DNA of 32,000 nt from NCBI RefSeq assembly GCF_000092465.1, contig NC_014205.1, forward strand, positions 1,110,001 to 1,142,000, in the 5' to 3' direction. Below are positions 1-9,632 of the stretch, piece after piece (the stretch's first letter is position 1; every line of letters starts with the position of its first letter). Source of the stretch: Staphylothermus hellenicus DSM 12710 (GTDB lineage: Archaea > Thermoproteota > Thermoprotei_A > Sulfolobales > Desulfurococcaceae). Made by a program: the position numbers and the translations under genes. The notes beneath the pieces were generated by a model. The model was given only the letters and a program-made list of their open reading frames with translations. It made no database searches and was not told the origin of the DNA.

Positions 1-496
1 CTGTTATGACCCCGTAAACTCTACCATCTCGTAGAACTACTGGTACAATGCCTATCTCATTCATAACCATTTTCTCGAGTATATTCGATAGTTTCTCATC
101 AATATAAGCTACAATAGGGTTCTTTTCCATAATTGTCTCTACTGGTTCTTGAAGAGCAGAATATATGTTGTAGCCATATCTTTCCGCAACTATTTTGAAG
201 TATTCTCCCCCACCCAAATAGTTTATGACGTGCGTTAACAATAATAGCCCCGCGATCTTATTAGAAACAGTGATGATTAAGCTTCTATATCCTTTCGCCA
301 TTTCTTCAACCGCTTCGAGTAAGGGCGTTGAAGGACTTGCTTGTTTAACTGGTCTTTTAGCTATTATCTCCAGTTCCTCAGTACTCTTATAGATCCTGTC
401 CTCGAAATTCGGTGTACCATCACTTCTTAGCCAACGATGCTTTTCTATTCTTCTAGGAGCACCAATTGATCGTCTTACAGGACTCCTCCTAGCCAT
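1..496 (-). CDS. CBS-domain protein, N-terminal part (gene runs off the left edge)
   Basis: Not in the ORF track because there is no stop in the window. My own minus-strand translation from ATG 496-494 gives MARRSPVRRSIGAPRRIEKH...LLEAVEEMAKGYRSLIIT...NEIGIVPVVLRDGRVYGVIT and is open to position 1. The pattern is CBS-pair-like. Confidence 0.6.
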   Translation of the reverse strand, partial: MARRSPVRRSIGAPRRIEKHRWLRSDGTPNFEDRIYKSTEELEIIAKRPVKQASPSTPLLEAVEEMAKGYRSLIITVSNKIAGLLLLTHVINYLGGGEYFKIVAERYGYNIYSALQEPVETIMEKNPIVAYIDEKLSNILEKMVMNEIGIVPVVLRDGRVYGVIT

Positions 497-720
497 ATAG
501 TCCACCTTATACCTCAACTACTAAAAAATTCTTATAATTCTGTTTAAAATACATATTGATTCGACGAGAACCTAATAATATAAGAATATATCATACATGA
601 ATGATAATAGTAGATTTTATCATTCTATGCCTGTTCACTACTGGTGTGCTTGAATAAATAGTCTTCTATGCATTATATTAGCTTTATTTATGGATATTCC
701 GGATATAATGAATGATAATG

Positions 721-1164
721 TTATTTTTTAATCTTCCTAGCATTTACGATCTCTATAACGTCTCTGAAAACTTCTAATAGATCCGTATCACTTATCATAC
801 CTATTAGTTTATCACCTTCTCTGACAGGTAGGTGTGATATATTGTTTCTAATCATTAAATCCAGTATTTGGACTATGTCACTGTTAGAATCAATCATTAT
901 TAATGGAGTGCTCATTATTTTTTCAACAGGTTCTTTTTCGGGATCTCTTTTCTCGAATAGTACTCCCCATATAATGTCTCTCTTAGTTACAATTCCTATG
1001 GGTCCTTCTTGATCAACTACTATTAATGCCCCAATACCCTCATTTATCATTCTTAATGCAGCTTCTTTAATAGAGGAATTTTTATCTATGAATCTTATTT
1101 CCGGCGTCATTATATCATATGCTTTGAGCAAGTATTCCTCTGACAAAGCACTACACCTATCCAA
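721..1164 (-). CDS. CBS-domain pair protein
   Basis: 147-aa ORF with two CBS-like repeats (IMTPEIRFID...GIGALIVVDQEGPIGIVTKRDI; IMSTPLIMID...ISHLPVREGDKLIGMISDTDLL). Confidence 0.8.
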   Translation of the reverse strand: MDRCSALSEEYLLKAYDIMTPEIRFIDKNSSIKEAALRMINEGIGALIVVDQEGPIGIVTKRDIIWGVLFEKRDPEKEPVEKIMSTPLIMIDSNSDIVQILDLMIRNNISHLPVREGDKLIGMISDTDLLEVFRDVIEIVNARKIKK

Positions 1165-1432
1165 CAGCTATTTCTGGAGCTACTTGTCCATAGTTTATGC
1201 TTATAAATACTATGTGGCTTCCTCGAATAAGCACTTTTCCATATCTAGCAGTAGGTTTTCCATTGTCTCCGTATTCTTGACAATTACTTAATACAACGTT
1301 CATCGTGTGATCAACCATATCTAGTGTTCCTATATACTCGTGTCCATCCTTGATCTTGACTAGTACTATTTGGTTTATAGCACTCTTCAAGTATTTGAGC
1401 GGAGTAGCTGTCTTAGGTTTTGGCACTGACAT
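1157..1432 (-). CDS. Sm-like (LSm/SmAP) RNA-binding protein
   Basis: Sm1/Sm2-like sequence VLVKIKDGHEYIGTLDMVDHTMNVVLSNCQEY...KVLIRGSHIVFI. Start moved to the internal ATG at 1432 (MSVPKPK...); the 29-aa upstream extension in the track looks non-genic. Overlaps the downstream CBS gene by 8 nt. Confidence 0.8.
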   Translation of the reverse strand: MSVPKPKTATPLKYLKSAINQIVLVKIKDGHEYIGTLDMVDHTMNVVLSNCQEYGDNGKPTARYGKVLIRGSHIVFISINYGQVAPEIAVG

Positions 1433-1536
1433 GGTTATTCCCACGCCTAATACTGTGTTATTTTCTTTTCGTAAATCAATAACCAAATAGCTAATATAAA
1501 GACTTTGCTGAATAAACATTTTGACAAGTTCCAGCT

Positions 1537-2109
1537 TTAGCTACGTTTTTTATATATGTAGAAATCATCTATTTTGGAACCAACATATTTAAATTCATTA
1601 TTAAGATCGGGTGGTGAGCTCTGCCTATTATATGTCTTATTTCTAGGTATAGTTGTAATTATAGCATATCCATTCTTTGTAAGGAGATTCTTGATCTTAT
1701 CCAATATACTTTCTTTATTTGTTTCAGGTATATTATTCCATACTGTGAACATGAAGATCGAATTTATTGATTGATTTGTTAAAGCTAGATCTTCAGCATA
1801 TGATAGAACATATATTATTCTTGGATCACTATGTTTATCTATAGCGTTTTTCAACATTTCAATACTTGGATCAACACATAAGTATCTATGAAATAGATCT
1901 AGTTTTTTAGATAACAAGTATTCGATTAATAACCCAGTTCCACATCCTATATCGAGGACGTTTTTGCCTGGTATTAGTCTAAGCTCTTCAAAGACATAGT
2001 TATATTTGATATATTGTTCTTTTTTGTATAATGAATCATAGGTTCTAGCAGTGATATTATATAGTTTAACAGGATCTACATGTTTATTTCTCGTTTTTGA
2101 AGAAGTCAA
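1537..2109 (-). CDS. Class I SAM-dependent methyltransferase
   Basis: Motif I VLDIGCGTGLL, 190 aa. Overlaps the nucS stop region by 26 nt, consistent with an operon. Confidence 0.75.
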   Translation of the reverse strand: MTSSKTRNKHVDPVKLYNITARTYDSLYKKEQYIKYNYVFEELRLIPGKNVLDIGCGTGLLIEYLLSKKLDLFHRYLCVDPSIEMLKNAIDKHSDPRIIYVLSYAEDLALTNQSINSIFMFTVWNNIPETNKESILDKIKNLLTKNGYAIITTIPRNKTYNRQSSPPDLNNEFKYVGSKIDDFYIYKKRS

Positions 2110-2899
2110 ATAGCGTCCCGTGTTTCCTGTTTCTATCTTTTTTATATTTCCATATTTTCTGTAGATTTATTTCTTTCCATTCAAGACCTAGCTTGTAAGC
2201 TGATTCTATGGCGGAGGAGGTAATGGTTGGTGCAACTAGGATTCCTCTAGGCTTAACGCCTGTTTGCCTCTGATATGTTTGTACATAGTTATATAGTTGC
2301 AGTATAGCTTCTCTTGTCGCAGTAACTCTTTTGATCTCAATAATGACGGGGGTTTTTCTAGCATCAACACCGAATAGATCGGCGTAGCCTTCGCCTATTT
2401 TCTTCTCCTTTTCCATAATTTTTAAGCCATCCTCGATAAGCTCTGGATGCTCGTAGAGAATATCTCTTATTTCGTGTTCGTCCATATACATTATGAATTC
2501 GCCATTATCTATTAGTTTACCAGTTATAATAGCGTATATTCTCATTAGATATACCCAAATAGTTTCTCTAGGTTTTCTCCTGACAGCCATTATAATTAGT
2601 TTGTCTCTATCAAGACGGGTTTCAATAATGGATGTCGTGGGTTGCCAGTTGACTGGAGAATAACCTGTTGGTCTATGCACTAGAAAAGCGCCATCTTGTT
2701 TTATAATTATAACTCTTTCACCAGGTGTAAGCCTAGACTCGCTTCTACCTTGATAATCAACACTGCACTCCCCAACAATAATCGTTAATTCCTTATTAGA
2801 TACAGCCTTACTAATGATCTCTAATGCTTCACTAAGAGTTGGATTGAGATAAGTCTTTATCAACTTTACCATCAATAATTCGTTTTTGCTATATTTCAT
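2084..2899 (-). CDS. nucS: Endonuclease NucS / EndoMS (mismatch-specific)
   Basis: 271 aa. N-terminal beta-barrel-like part plus a C-terminal RecB-like nuclease region (GYADLFGVD...PVIIEIKR...A..QL..Y), typical of the NucS family. Confidence 0.8.
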   Translation of the reverse strand: MKYSKNELLMVKLIKTYLNPTLSEALEIISKAVSNKELTIIVGECSVDYQGRSESRLTPGERVIIIKQDGAFLVHRPTGYSPVNWQPTTSIIETRLDRDKLIIMAVRRKPRETIWVYLMRIYAIITGKLIDNGEFIMYMDEHEIRDILYEHPELIEDGLKIMEKEKKIGEGYADLFGVDARKTPVIIEIKRVTATREAILQLYNYVQTYQRQTGVKPRGILVAPTITSSAIESAYKLGLEWKEINLQKIWKYKKDRNRKHGTLFDFFKNEK

Positions 2900-3035
2900 T
2901 ATTTATGATTTATGTGGAATATAGGAAATATATCTGCAGTCCAAAACATTATGGAATAATATTGGAAAACAAGATAGGGGGTTCAACCTACGTTGGTTTT
3001 GATAGGCCTATATAGGTTTTCATTCCCTATATTGA

Positions 3036-3172
3036 TCCCCCTTGTCCCCGACCACGGGAGCCCGCATATGGTTTCTACAGACTCTCCTCATCGAGGACAA
3101 GGTTCATCCAAAAACTCATCCCCCTCCGCCACCCTCATCAAGGCCGATAACGTGGTCCAAGATACGCATTTA
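3036..3172. ncRNA. Unassigned GC-rich structured RNA island (strand uncertain; K-turn/C-box-like motifs read on the minus strand)
   Basis: About 56% GC by hand count over 3041-3160 against AT-rich flanks. Perfect 8-bp pairing 3040-3047/3095-3102 and perfect 7-bp pairing 3050-3056/3151-3157, interleaved. CTCATC occurs three times (3087, 3115, 3134). The only ORF here (2993..3310) is not protein-like. Confidence 0.5.
3084..3145 (-). ncRNA. C/D-box-like sRNA core inside the GC-rich island
   Basis: Minus strand reads CC-UUGAUGA-GGGUGGCGGAGG(12)-GGGA-UGAGUUUUU-UGGAUGA-ACCUUGUCCUCG(12)-AUGA-GG. Both spacers are exactly 12 nt and a CC/GG terminal pair is present, but both D-type boxes are degenerate (only the GA is kept). 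Confidence 0.35.
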
Positions 3173-3263
3173 CCCATGAAAAAATTAACAATTCCGACAG
3201 GCATAAATGGATGTAAAATCTTCATGAATATACTGAAAAATATAAATTGTAAACGTGGAGAAA

Positions 3264-3884
3264 ATGAAGAAACCAGTAATTATAATAGAACACTTAGAAA
3301 CCGAGTTTAGTATATGGCTGTTTCTAGAATACCGTCATTCATCGCTTATATATGGATCTGACTATGTATGGTATACTAATTTACCATTAAAATATCATAA
3401 GATAATGAAGAAATATGGAAAAACCTTTGCGGAAAGCATTGTAGATCTAGTTAGGAAAAGGTTCATCGATGAGGACCAAATAATAATTCTCGATCCAGCA
3501 GCTGAGAAGGAATTATCTTTCAAAGATCTAGTCGAGAACAATTATGTTGTAATAGGGGGGATATTGGGTGATCACCCGCCTCGTAGGAGAACTGAAACTC
3601 TTCTGTCTAACAAATTACGAAACGTTAAAAGAAGAAATATTGGTGATGGACAATACAGTATTGATGGAGCAGTAGGTTTTGTTAACTTATTATGGATCAA
3701 TAAATCAATTGAGAAAATACAGTATGTAGATGGAATTACTTTGGAAACAGATTATGGCTGTATTAGGTTACCGTTTAGATATCTTATAATAGATGGCAAA
3801 CCATTGATATCGCGTGAACTAGTTGAATATTTGAAAACAGGAAGAATACCTGAAAATATTAAGAAGGAATTAGGATTAACCTAG
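3264..3884 (+). CDS. SFM1-like SPOUT methyltransferase (DUF431 family)
   Basis: N-terminal IIIEHLE..FS.WLFLEY, GGILGDHPPRRRT and LPFRYL match my recollection of yeast Sfm1/DUF431. Start moved from GTG 3255 to ATG 3264, which lies about 22-26 nt downstream of an AAATATAAAT TATA-like box (3238-3247), so the transcript would be leaderless. Confidence 0.7.
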   Translation: MKKPVIIIEHLETEFSIWLFLEYRHSSLIYGSDYVWYTNLPLKYHKIMKKYGKTFAESIVDLVRKRFIDEDQIIILDPAAEKELSFKDLVENNYVVIGGILGDHPPRRRTETLLSNKLRNVKRRNIGDGQYSIDGAVGFVNLLWINKSIEKIQYVDGITLETDYGCIRLPFRYLIIDGKPLISRELVEYLKTGRIPENIKKELGLT

Positions 3885-4169
3885 GAGATCATATAGGGTA
3901 AGAAATATCGCTAGCCAAGTAGCATAAAAAGTAAGCAATCCCCTTATAAATACTAAGAATAAGCTTCTACTACGACTCCAATATTGAATATAGAATGCAG
4001 AACCAACATATACTATTCCAGCTAGAACCCATATGGTACTTGACAAATCAAGTGTTAGAAGAGCTATGTTCAGCTTATATATTAAGAAATAAGAAATAAA
4101 ACCATAAATAATTCCCAGCACTGCTCTCATAATAACAACTCTATCATCTAGCTTACTTGGTTTAAACAT
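3876..4169 (-). CDS. Small integral membrane protein (about 3 TM), unknown function
   Basis: 97-aa ORF with three long hydrophobic segments. No recognisable family. Confidence 0.45.
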   Translation of the reverse strand: MFKPSKLDDRVVIMRAVLGIIYGFISYFLIYKLNIALLTLDLSSTIWVLAGIVYVGSAFYIQYWSRSRSLFLVFIRGLLTFYATWLAIFLTLYDLLG

Positions 4170-4261
4170 ATCTATTCTCCAAACCCAACTTATTGAAACT
4201 CATTTTCCGATATATACATTAATATGGGCTTATCAATAAAACGGTTAGATGGTAGATTAAC

Positions 4262-6253
4262 ATGATTAAAAAATCAATGGATATACTAGACGTCTATAGT
4301 TGGACAAACAATTTTGGAAAACAGATCATTGGATGCTTTATCGAAAACATATATTTCACAGGTTTTTACTGGTTAATAAAAATTAGATGCTCTGGAAAAG
4401 GAAAAAGCTATTTAAAAATTGAGCCAAGCATACGTCTCCACATATCAAACATTGAGCCTTTAGAGAAAAAGATCGATAAATTCTCCTCATTTATGAGAAA
4501 ACATATTCGAGGAGCAAGGATTATAGATGTGAAACAACTTGGATGGGAGAGGATAATAGAATTACATGTTAAGAGTAGAAAAAATGAATACATACTTATT
4601 AATGAGATATTACCTCGAGGTTTCTTAGTATTAACAAATGAAAAATACAGTATTTTATATGCTAATAGATTCCAGGAACTTAGAGACCGTATTATCAAGC
4701 GTGGAAACAAATATACACCACCGCCTGGCAGAATAGATCTTTTAAAACTTGATGATACGAAACTATTGGAACTATTAAGAGAAGGAAAAGACTTAGTTAG
4801 AGGTATTGTTAAAGGATGGGGATTACCAGGATACATTGCAGAAGAACTAATATATCGTGCAGGACTCTACGAGAAAAAGAACTACAAGATCGATATGGTT
4901 GAGGAAACAGATCTATATACACTAATTCATATGTTAGAAAAAATAATTAATGAAGCACTCAATGGGAAAGGCTACCTAGTTAAACTGGACAATAAACCAC
5001 ACATTTACACTTCTTACGAACCCAAACTATACAAGGAATTATACGATGTAAGTGTGGAAAAATATGATAAACTAAACCATGTTCTAGATATTTACTATAG
5101 TGAATACGAAAAAAGAATATATTATGAACAAAGAACAATTAAGCAACGTATACTTATAGAGAAGATAAAGAAGAATATAGATAAGCAACAAAAAATTATT
5201 AAGAAATACATTGAAGAATCAGAGAAATATAAAGAATTTTCGAGAACACTAGTTACAAACTATAATTTACTGGAAAAAATACTTGAATGCGTGAATAAAA
5301 CTAGGAAAACTAGTGGTTGGGACAAGATCGTTGAGAATTGTCCAAATATTGTAAAATACTATAAAGATAAGGGAACAGTAATTGTTAAGTTCAATGAATA
5401 CGAAATACCGATCGATATACGTTTAAATGCATGGAACAATATTCTTAGATACAAAAAACTATCCGGTGAACTATTAAAAAAAGCTAAAAAAGCTGAGGAA
5501 GCACTTAGAGAACTCGAGAGATCACTTGAAGAGGCTGTAAACAAAAAACAACTAATTCAAAGGAGAACTGAGATAGGAATAAAGCCTCGTCTATGGTATG
5601 AACGATTCCATTGGATGATTACAAGTGAGGGATTCCTAGTTATAGCTGGAAGAGATATTGATCAGAATGAGCTAATAGTTAAAAAATATATGGAACCCCA
5701 CGACATATTTCTTCACGCAGATATACATGGAGCACCAGCCACAGTTATAAAAACACATAATAGGATGCCGAGCCAGAAAAGTATTAAGGAAGCAGCAGTC
5801 ATAGCAGCTTGTTATTCTAAGGCTTGGAAGGAAGGGTTCGGGGCAATAGATGTTTTCTGGGTATATGCAAACCAGGTCTCAAAGACTCCTCCAAGCGGAG
5901 AATACTTACCGAAAGGAGCATTCATGATATATGGGAAGAAAAACTATGTCAAGACAAAACTTGAACTAGCCATTGGTATAGAGGAGAACTGCGACCCTAT
6001 CTATGGATTATACCAGAAAATCATTGTAGGACCCGAAGAACTAGTAGCGAATAAAAGCATAGTATATGCTGTTATAGTTCCAGGAGACATAGGCATAGGC
6101 GAAGTAGCCGGTAAACTAATTAGATCCTTCCATAAAAAGCTCGAAGACCACGCTATAGGAATTACTAAGAATGAATTAATGTATAGATTACCTGGTAGAT
6201 CACGGATAATAGGGATAAAACGAGGTAAAACTCCTTTAATAACTGGGTGCTAG
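4262..6253 (+). CDS. NFACT-family protein (archaeal Rqc2/RqcH/FbpA homolog, ribosome quality control)
   Basis: 663 aa with an N-terminal NFACT-N-like region, a long central coiled coil, and a DUF814/NFACT-R segment (RFHWMITSEGFLVIAGRDIDQNELIVKKYMEPHDIFLHADIHGAPATVIK). Confidence 0.8.
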   Translation: MIKKSMDILDVYSWTNNFGKQIIGCFIENIYFTGFYWLIKIRCSGKGKSYLKIEPSIRLHISNIEPLEKKIDKFSSFMRKHIRGARIIDVKQLGWERIIELHVKSRKNEYILINEILPRGFLVLTNEKYSILYANRFQELRDRIIKRGNKYTPPPGRIDLLKLDDTKLLELLREGKDLVRGIVKGWGLPGYIAEELIYRAGLYEKKNYKIDMVEETDLYTLIHMLEKIINEALNGKGYLVKLDNKPHIYTSYEPKLYKELYDVSVEKYDKLNHVLDIYYSEYEKRIYYEQRTIKQRILIEKIKKNIDKQQKIIKKYIEESEKYKEFSRTLVTNYNLLEKILECVNKTRKTSGWDKIVENCPNIVKYYKDKGTVIVKFNEYEIPIDIRLNAWNNILRYKKLSGELLKKAKKAEEALRELERSLEEAVNKKQLIQRRTEIGIKPRLWYERFHWMITSEGFLVIAGRDIDQNELIVKKYMEPHDIFLHADIHGAPATVIKTHNRMPSQKSIKEAAVIAACYSKAWKEGFGAIDVFWVYANQVSKTPPSGEYLPKGAFMIYGKKNYVKTKLELAIGIEENCDPIYGLYQKIIVGPEELVANKSIVYAVIVPGDIGIGEVAGKLIRSFHKKLEDHAIGITKNELMYRLPGRSRIIGIKRGKTPLITGC

Positions 6254-6365
6254 TCTAGTTTTAGGGTTATTAGAGTGGGATATAAGATTTATATTGTCAC
6301 CAAAATATCTATATAGATAAGCTTATTTGATATTATCAATTAATACCTACGAGGTTGTCGCAAAA

Positions 6366-7595
6366 ATGACGAAAAGAAACATTGTCGTAGAGGCACTCAA
6401 GTATCAAAGCGTAAGAGACATGAAAGTAGAACTTGTAGAGAGAAAAGGAGTTGGGCATCCAGACTACATTGCTGACTCCGCTAGTGAATGGGCTTCAAGA
6501 GCTCTTAGCAAGTTTTATCTTAAAAAATTTGGAACAATTCTTCATCATAACCTTGATAAAACACTTTTAGTTGGTGGACAATCCCATCCCCGCTTCGGCG
6601 GAGGCTATCTTATTGAACCAATATATATTGTTGTAGCTGGTAGAGCTACAACCGAGGTAAAGACCGAGGATGGAGTAGTCAAGGTTCCTTTCGGCGCATT
6701 AATTGTTGAAGCTGTTCGTGAATGGATAAAAAAGAACATGAGGTATCTTGACCCAGATAAACACGTGATTATCGATTATAAAGTTAGGAAAGGAAGCGCT
6801 GATCTAGTCTCTGTATTTGAAGCTGGAAAGAAAACTGTTCCATTAGCGAACGATACGAGTATAGGGGTTGGATATGCTCCTCTATCAACACTTGAGAAAC
6901 TAGTTCTAGAGACGGAGAAAATGCTGAACTCGAGAGAATATAAATCCCGTAATCCAGCTGTTGGAGAAGATGTTAAGGTTATGGGTCTTAGACAAGATAG
7001 AAAAATCGTCTTAACAATTGCTGCAGCAATAATTGATAGTTTAGTTAGGGACTTAGATGAATACCTTAATATAAAAGAGCAGATTAAAGAAGATGTTCTT
7101 AATCTCGCATCTAAAATAGCTGGAGACTATGATGTAGAGATATTTATTAATACAGCTGATATGCCGAACAAGGAAGTTGTTTACTTAACAGTAACAGGTA
7201 CTTCTGCCGAACACGGTGATGATGGAGCAACTGGAAGAGGAAATAGAGCCAATGGATTAATACCTCCTATGAGGCCCATAAGTCTTGAAGCTACTGCTGG
7301 CAAAAACCCGGTGAACCATGTAGGTAAAATATATAATATAGTTGCAAAGAGAATAGCGGAGAAAGTATATGAGAGTATAGATGGGTTCAAAGACGTATAC
7401 GTAGAACTATTAAGCCAGATAGGAAAACCAATTGATCAACCACTTGTCGCCAGCATAAAAATAATACCGGACAACAAGCATCTCGAACTACCCGGTCATG
7501 TTGTTGAAGAAATAAAAGCAATAGCTGATGAAGAATTAGCTAATATAACCAAAATAACTATGGATATACTTGAGGGGAAAGAAATACTTTACTAG
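6366..7595 (+). CDS. mat: Archaeal-type S-adenosylmethionine synthetase
   Basis: [14 protein letters not shown] near the N-terminus, about 400 aa. Start moved from TTG 6327 to ATG 6366 (MTKRNIVVE...). Confidence 0.9.
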   Translation: MTKRNIVVEALKYQSVRDMKVELVERKGVGHPDYIADSASEWASRALSKFYLKKFGTILHHNLDKTLLVGGQSHPRFGGGYLIEPIYIVVAGRATTEVKTEDGVVKVPFGALIVEAVREWIKKNMRYLDPDKHVIIDYKVRKGSADLVSVFEAGKKTVPLANDTSIGVGYAPLSTLEKLVLETEKMLNSREYKSRNPAVGEDVKVMGLRQDRKIVLTIAAAIIDSLVRDLDEYLNIKEQIKEDVLNLASKIAGDYDVEIFINTADMPNKEVVYLTVTGTSAEHGDDGATGRGNRANGLIPPMRPISLEATAGKNPVNHVGKIYNIVAKRIAEKVYESIDGFKDVYVELLSQIGKPIDQPLVASIKIIPDNKHLELPGHVVEEIKAIADEELANITKITMDILEGKEILY

Positions 7596-7616
7596 TCTAA
7601 TAGGGTGTGAGTTTTT

Positions 7617-9632
7617 CTATTCCGAGCTCTTTTTTCTCTTCTCCTGATATTCCGCAACTAACTTAATAACCCGTTCATATTGTTCCTCAGCAATGATTTC
7701 TTCTATTTCCCTCCATTGCTTCTCAACCAGCGACAATACATCTTTTTTGATGAAAGCGTATTTATCATAGAACTTCGCATCTTTAACTTTAATAACCGGA
7801 ACCTTTAAATCAACGTATAATTGACCATAGTCTTTTTCCGTAAGTATTGCTACTTTATATTTTCTTAGTATTTGAATCGTATCGTTATCTAAAGGCATAA
7901 TTTCATCTACATATATTATACTATGGTTGGTGTTCTTTGTTTTAGAAGTGTTAATAATTTTTCTAACAGAATTATAAGATAAATTAGGAATATGTGGAAC
8001 AGCTATTTCTTTATCCCTTATTATTTCTTCTAATAGTTTGCTGAGCTCTATATATTTTCTACGGGTTTCAACGAGTTTTTCTTCCATTTCTTCCAGTTTC
8101 TTTCTAAGATTCTTGTTTTCATAGATTAGCAAATTGATTTTTCTACTGTTTTCATCATTGTTAATGGTTGATTTCTTAACATATTTTAATTCCAATACTA
8201 AATCTTCAATTAATCGATCTTTTTCTTTAAGCTTGTTTTCCAACCTAGCAATGTAGGCTCTTAATCGTTTAATTTCGTTTATAAGTTTCTTAATCTTCCT
8301 ACTATGATCCTCCACGGTGTTTTGATTTTCTAAAGTTTTATCTTTAGTAATCTGATTCGATCTGTTCTTTTTGTTAAGAAGCTTTTCAATTTCCTCCTCG
8401 ATAGCTTCTGCTATACTTTTTCCTCTAACGATATTTATTTTTATATTCTCTTTATTGATGTATAGATCAATATCTTCTATTTTCAAGAGTGCTTGTTTGA
8501 TTTTTTCAGATATGGAGAGATATGCTTTGTATGCTGCTGCTAATGCGTCTCTTTCATGTGTATCTTGAATATCTAGCCATGGATATTTTTTCAATAATTT
8601 ATTTATTAAATCATGTTTTTCATCATTTGCCATATCTCTTGGAGGTAGATATAGTTGTGCATTGAGTATGGAGGCGGTTTTCTTAACTAGCTCTGGAGGA
8701 TGAGATACATCTGTTGCAACGATGACAGCTTCACCCATAGATGATACTATATTAAGTATTTCTCCTCGGTCAAAGTTTTTGGAACTATGTAGAAACAATG
8801 GAGTTCCATCAAGATCAATAACTGCTATACCGGTACTTATTCCTGGATCAATCCCTATTATTAATCCTTTTCTTGGCTTCTCAGCACCAGCATTCTCAAA
8901 TGATACCTTATTCGTATATACTGGTTTCACGATGAGCCGTACACTTTTATTTTTAAAAGGCTTTATTAAACCGTAAAGCTTATCTCGTGGAGCATATACT
9001 GTAAAGATGCTTTTTTCTAGTCCTCCATTACTTTTCCTGAATACTAGGTCATAATCGAAACCGTTTTGATCAAGGATCTTCTTAACGGTTTTAGTAACAT
9101 TAAGTATCCCTGCTCTTATGCTTCTCCTATATCTATCATAGCTCATTCCCCCATGTCCTACACTACGCCCGCGTGTGACGATTATTTTCGTTTTTTCTTC
9201 GAGAAGTTTAACTACAACACCTTCTCCTCTAGAAGCTATTAGAGCAGAAAGATACGCTGTCCTTAATGGTGATAGTTTTCCGTGAACTTCTAATCCTATT
9301 TTCCTAGCTATTGTTTTCACATTAACTGCTTCTGGCCCCCACCCCGTTACTTGTACCAGCTTGGTTTGAGGAGGCAACATGTCAACGATTTTTCTGAGTT
9401 CATCAACATTCTCAGCTAACTCGAAAACATTATCTATTGCCATTATTGATGGTTTATGCTCCCAAACAAGTCTCAAAAGACGGGCAAATGATACGTCTTC
9501 ATAACTATCAATTATGTTTCCATCTAAATCTACGAGTACGAGAGCGTAATGGGGCTGTCTATTACTTGATCGAATAGAATATCCTGGAAGTATATCGATT
9601 CCTGCTACAATATCTTTTCTAGTAGTGCTCAT
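7617..9632 (-). CDS. DUF460 / COG2433 protein (predicted RNase H-fold RuvC/YqgF-like nuclease with a long coiled coil)
   Basis: GIDPGISTGIAVIDLDG motif mid-protein, plus a second GID-type segment at the N-terminus (VAGIDILPGYS...ALVLVDLDGNII), then a 150+ aa K/E-rich coiled coil. Start set to ATG 9632, which follows GGGGAG; the track start is ATG 9647. Confidence 0.75.
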   Translation of the reverse strand: MSTTRKDIVAGIDILPGYSIRSSNRQPHYALVLVDLDGNIIDSYEDVSFARLLRLVWEHKPSIMAIDNVFELAENVDELRKIVDMLPPQTKLVQVTGWGPEAVNVKTIARKIGLEVHGKLSPLRTAYLSALIASRGEGVVVKLLEEKTKIIVTRGRSVGHGGMSYDRYRRSIRAGILNVTKTVKKILDQNGFDYDLVFRKSNGGLEKSIFTVYAPRDKLYGLIKPFKNKSVRLIVKPVYTNKVSFENAGAEKPRKGLIIGIDPGISTGIAVIDLDGTPLFLHSSKNFDRGEILNIVSSMGEAVIVATDVSHPPELVKKTASILNAQLYLPPRDMANDEKHDLINKLLKKYPWLDIQDTHERDALAAAYKAYLSISEKIKQALLKIEDIDLYINKENIKINIVRGKSIAEAIEEEIEKLLNKKNRSNQITKDKTLENQNTVEDHSRKIKKLINEIKRLRAYIARLENKLKEKDRLIEDLVLELKYVKKSTINNDENSRKINLLIYENKNLRKKLEEMEEKLVETRRKYIELSKLLEEIIRDKEIAVPHIPNLSYNSVRKIINTSKTKNTNHSIIYVDEIMPLDNDTIQILRKYKVAILTEKDYGQLYVDLKVPVIKVKDAKFYDKYAFIKKDVLSLVEKQWREIEEIIAEEQYERVIKLVAEYQEKRKKSSE

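Noticed and set aside
597-719. 12-nt exact direct repeat ATGAATGATAAT at 597-608 and 708-719 in the gap between the two CBS genes.
   Set aside because: Short, AT-rich and low-complexity, so plausibly chance or promoter/terminator-related. No flanking inverted repeats or target-site-duplication context that would suggest a mobile element.
3078-3096. GAGGAGAGUCUG followed by CGGGCUCC on the minus strand also resembles RNase P CR-I/P5.
   Set aside because: There is a 14-nt insertion, no complementary 3' P4 strand, and too little downstream sequence.
2993-3310. 105-aa plus-strand ORF across the first GC-rich island. The ORFs at 16997..17314 (-), 17007..17204 (+) and 17017..17199 (-) across the second island are similar.
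   Set aside because: The translations are Pro/Ser/Gly/His-rich with no domain-like pattern. They are driven by local GC content, overlap each other on both strands, and coincide with extensive base-pairing. They are better explained as RNA genes.
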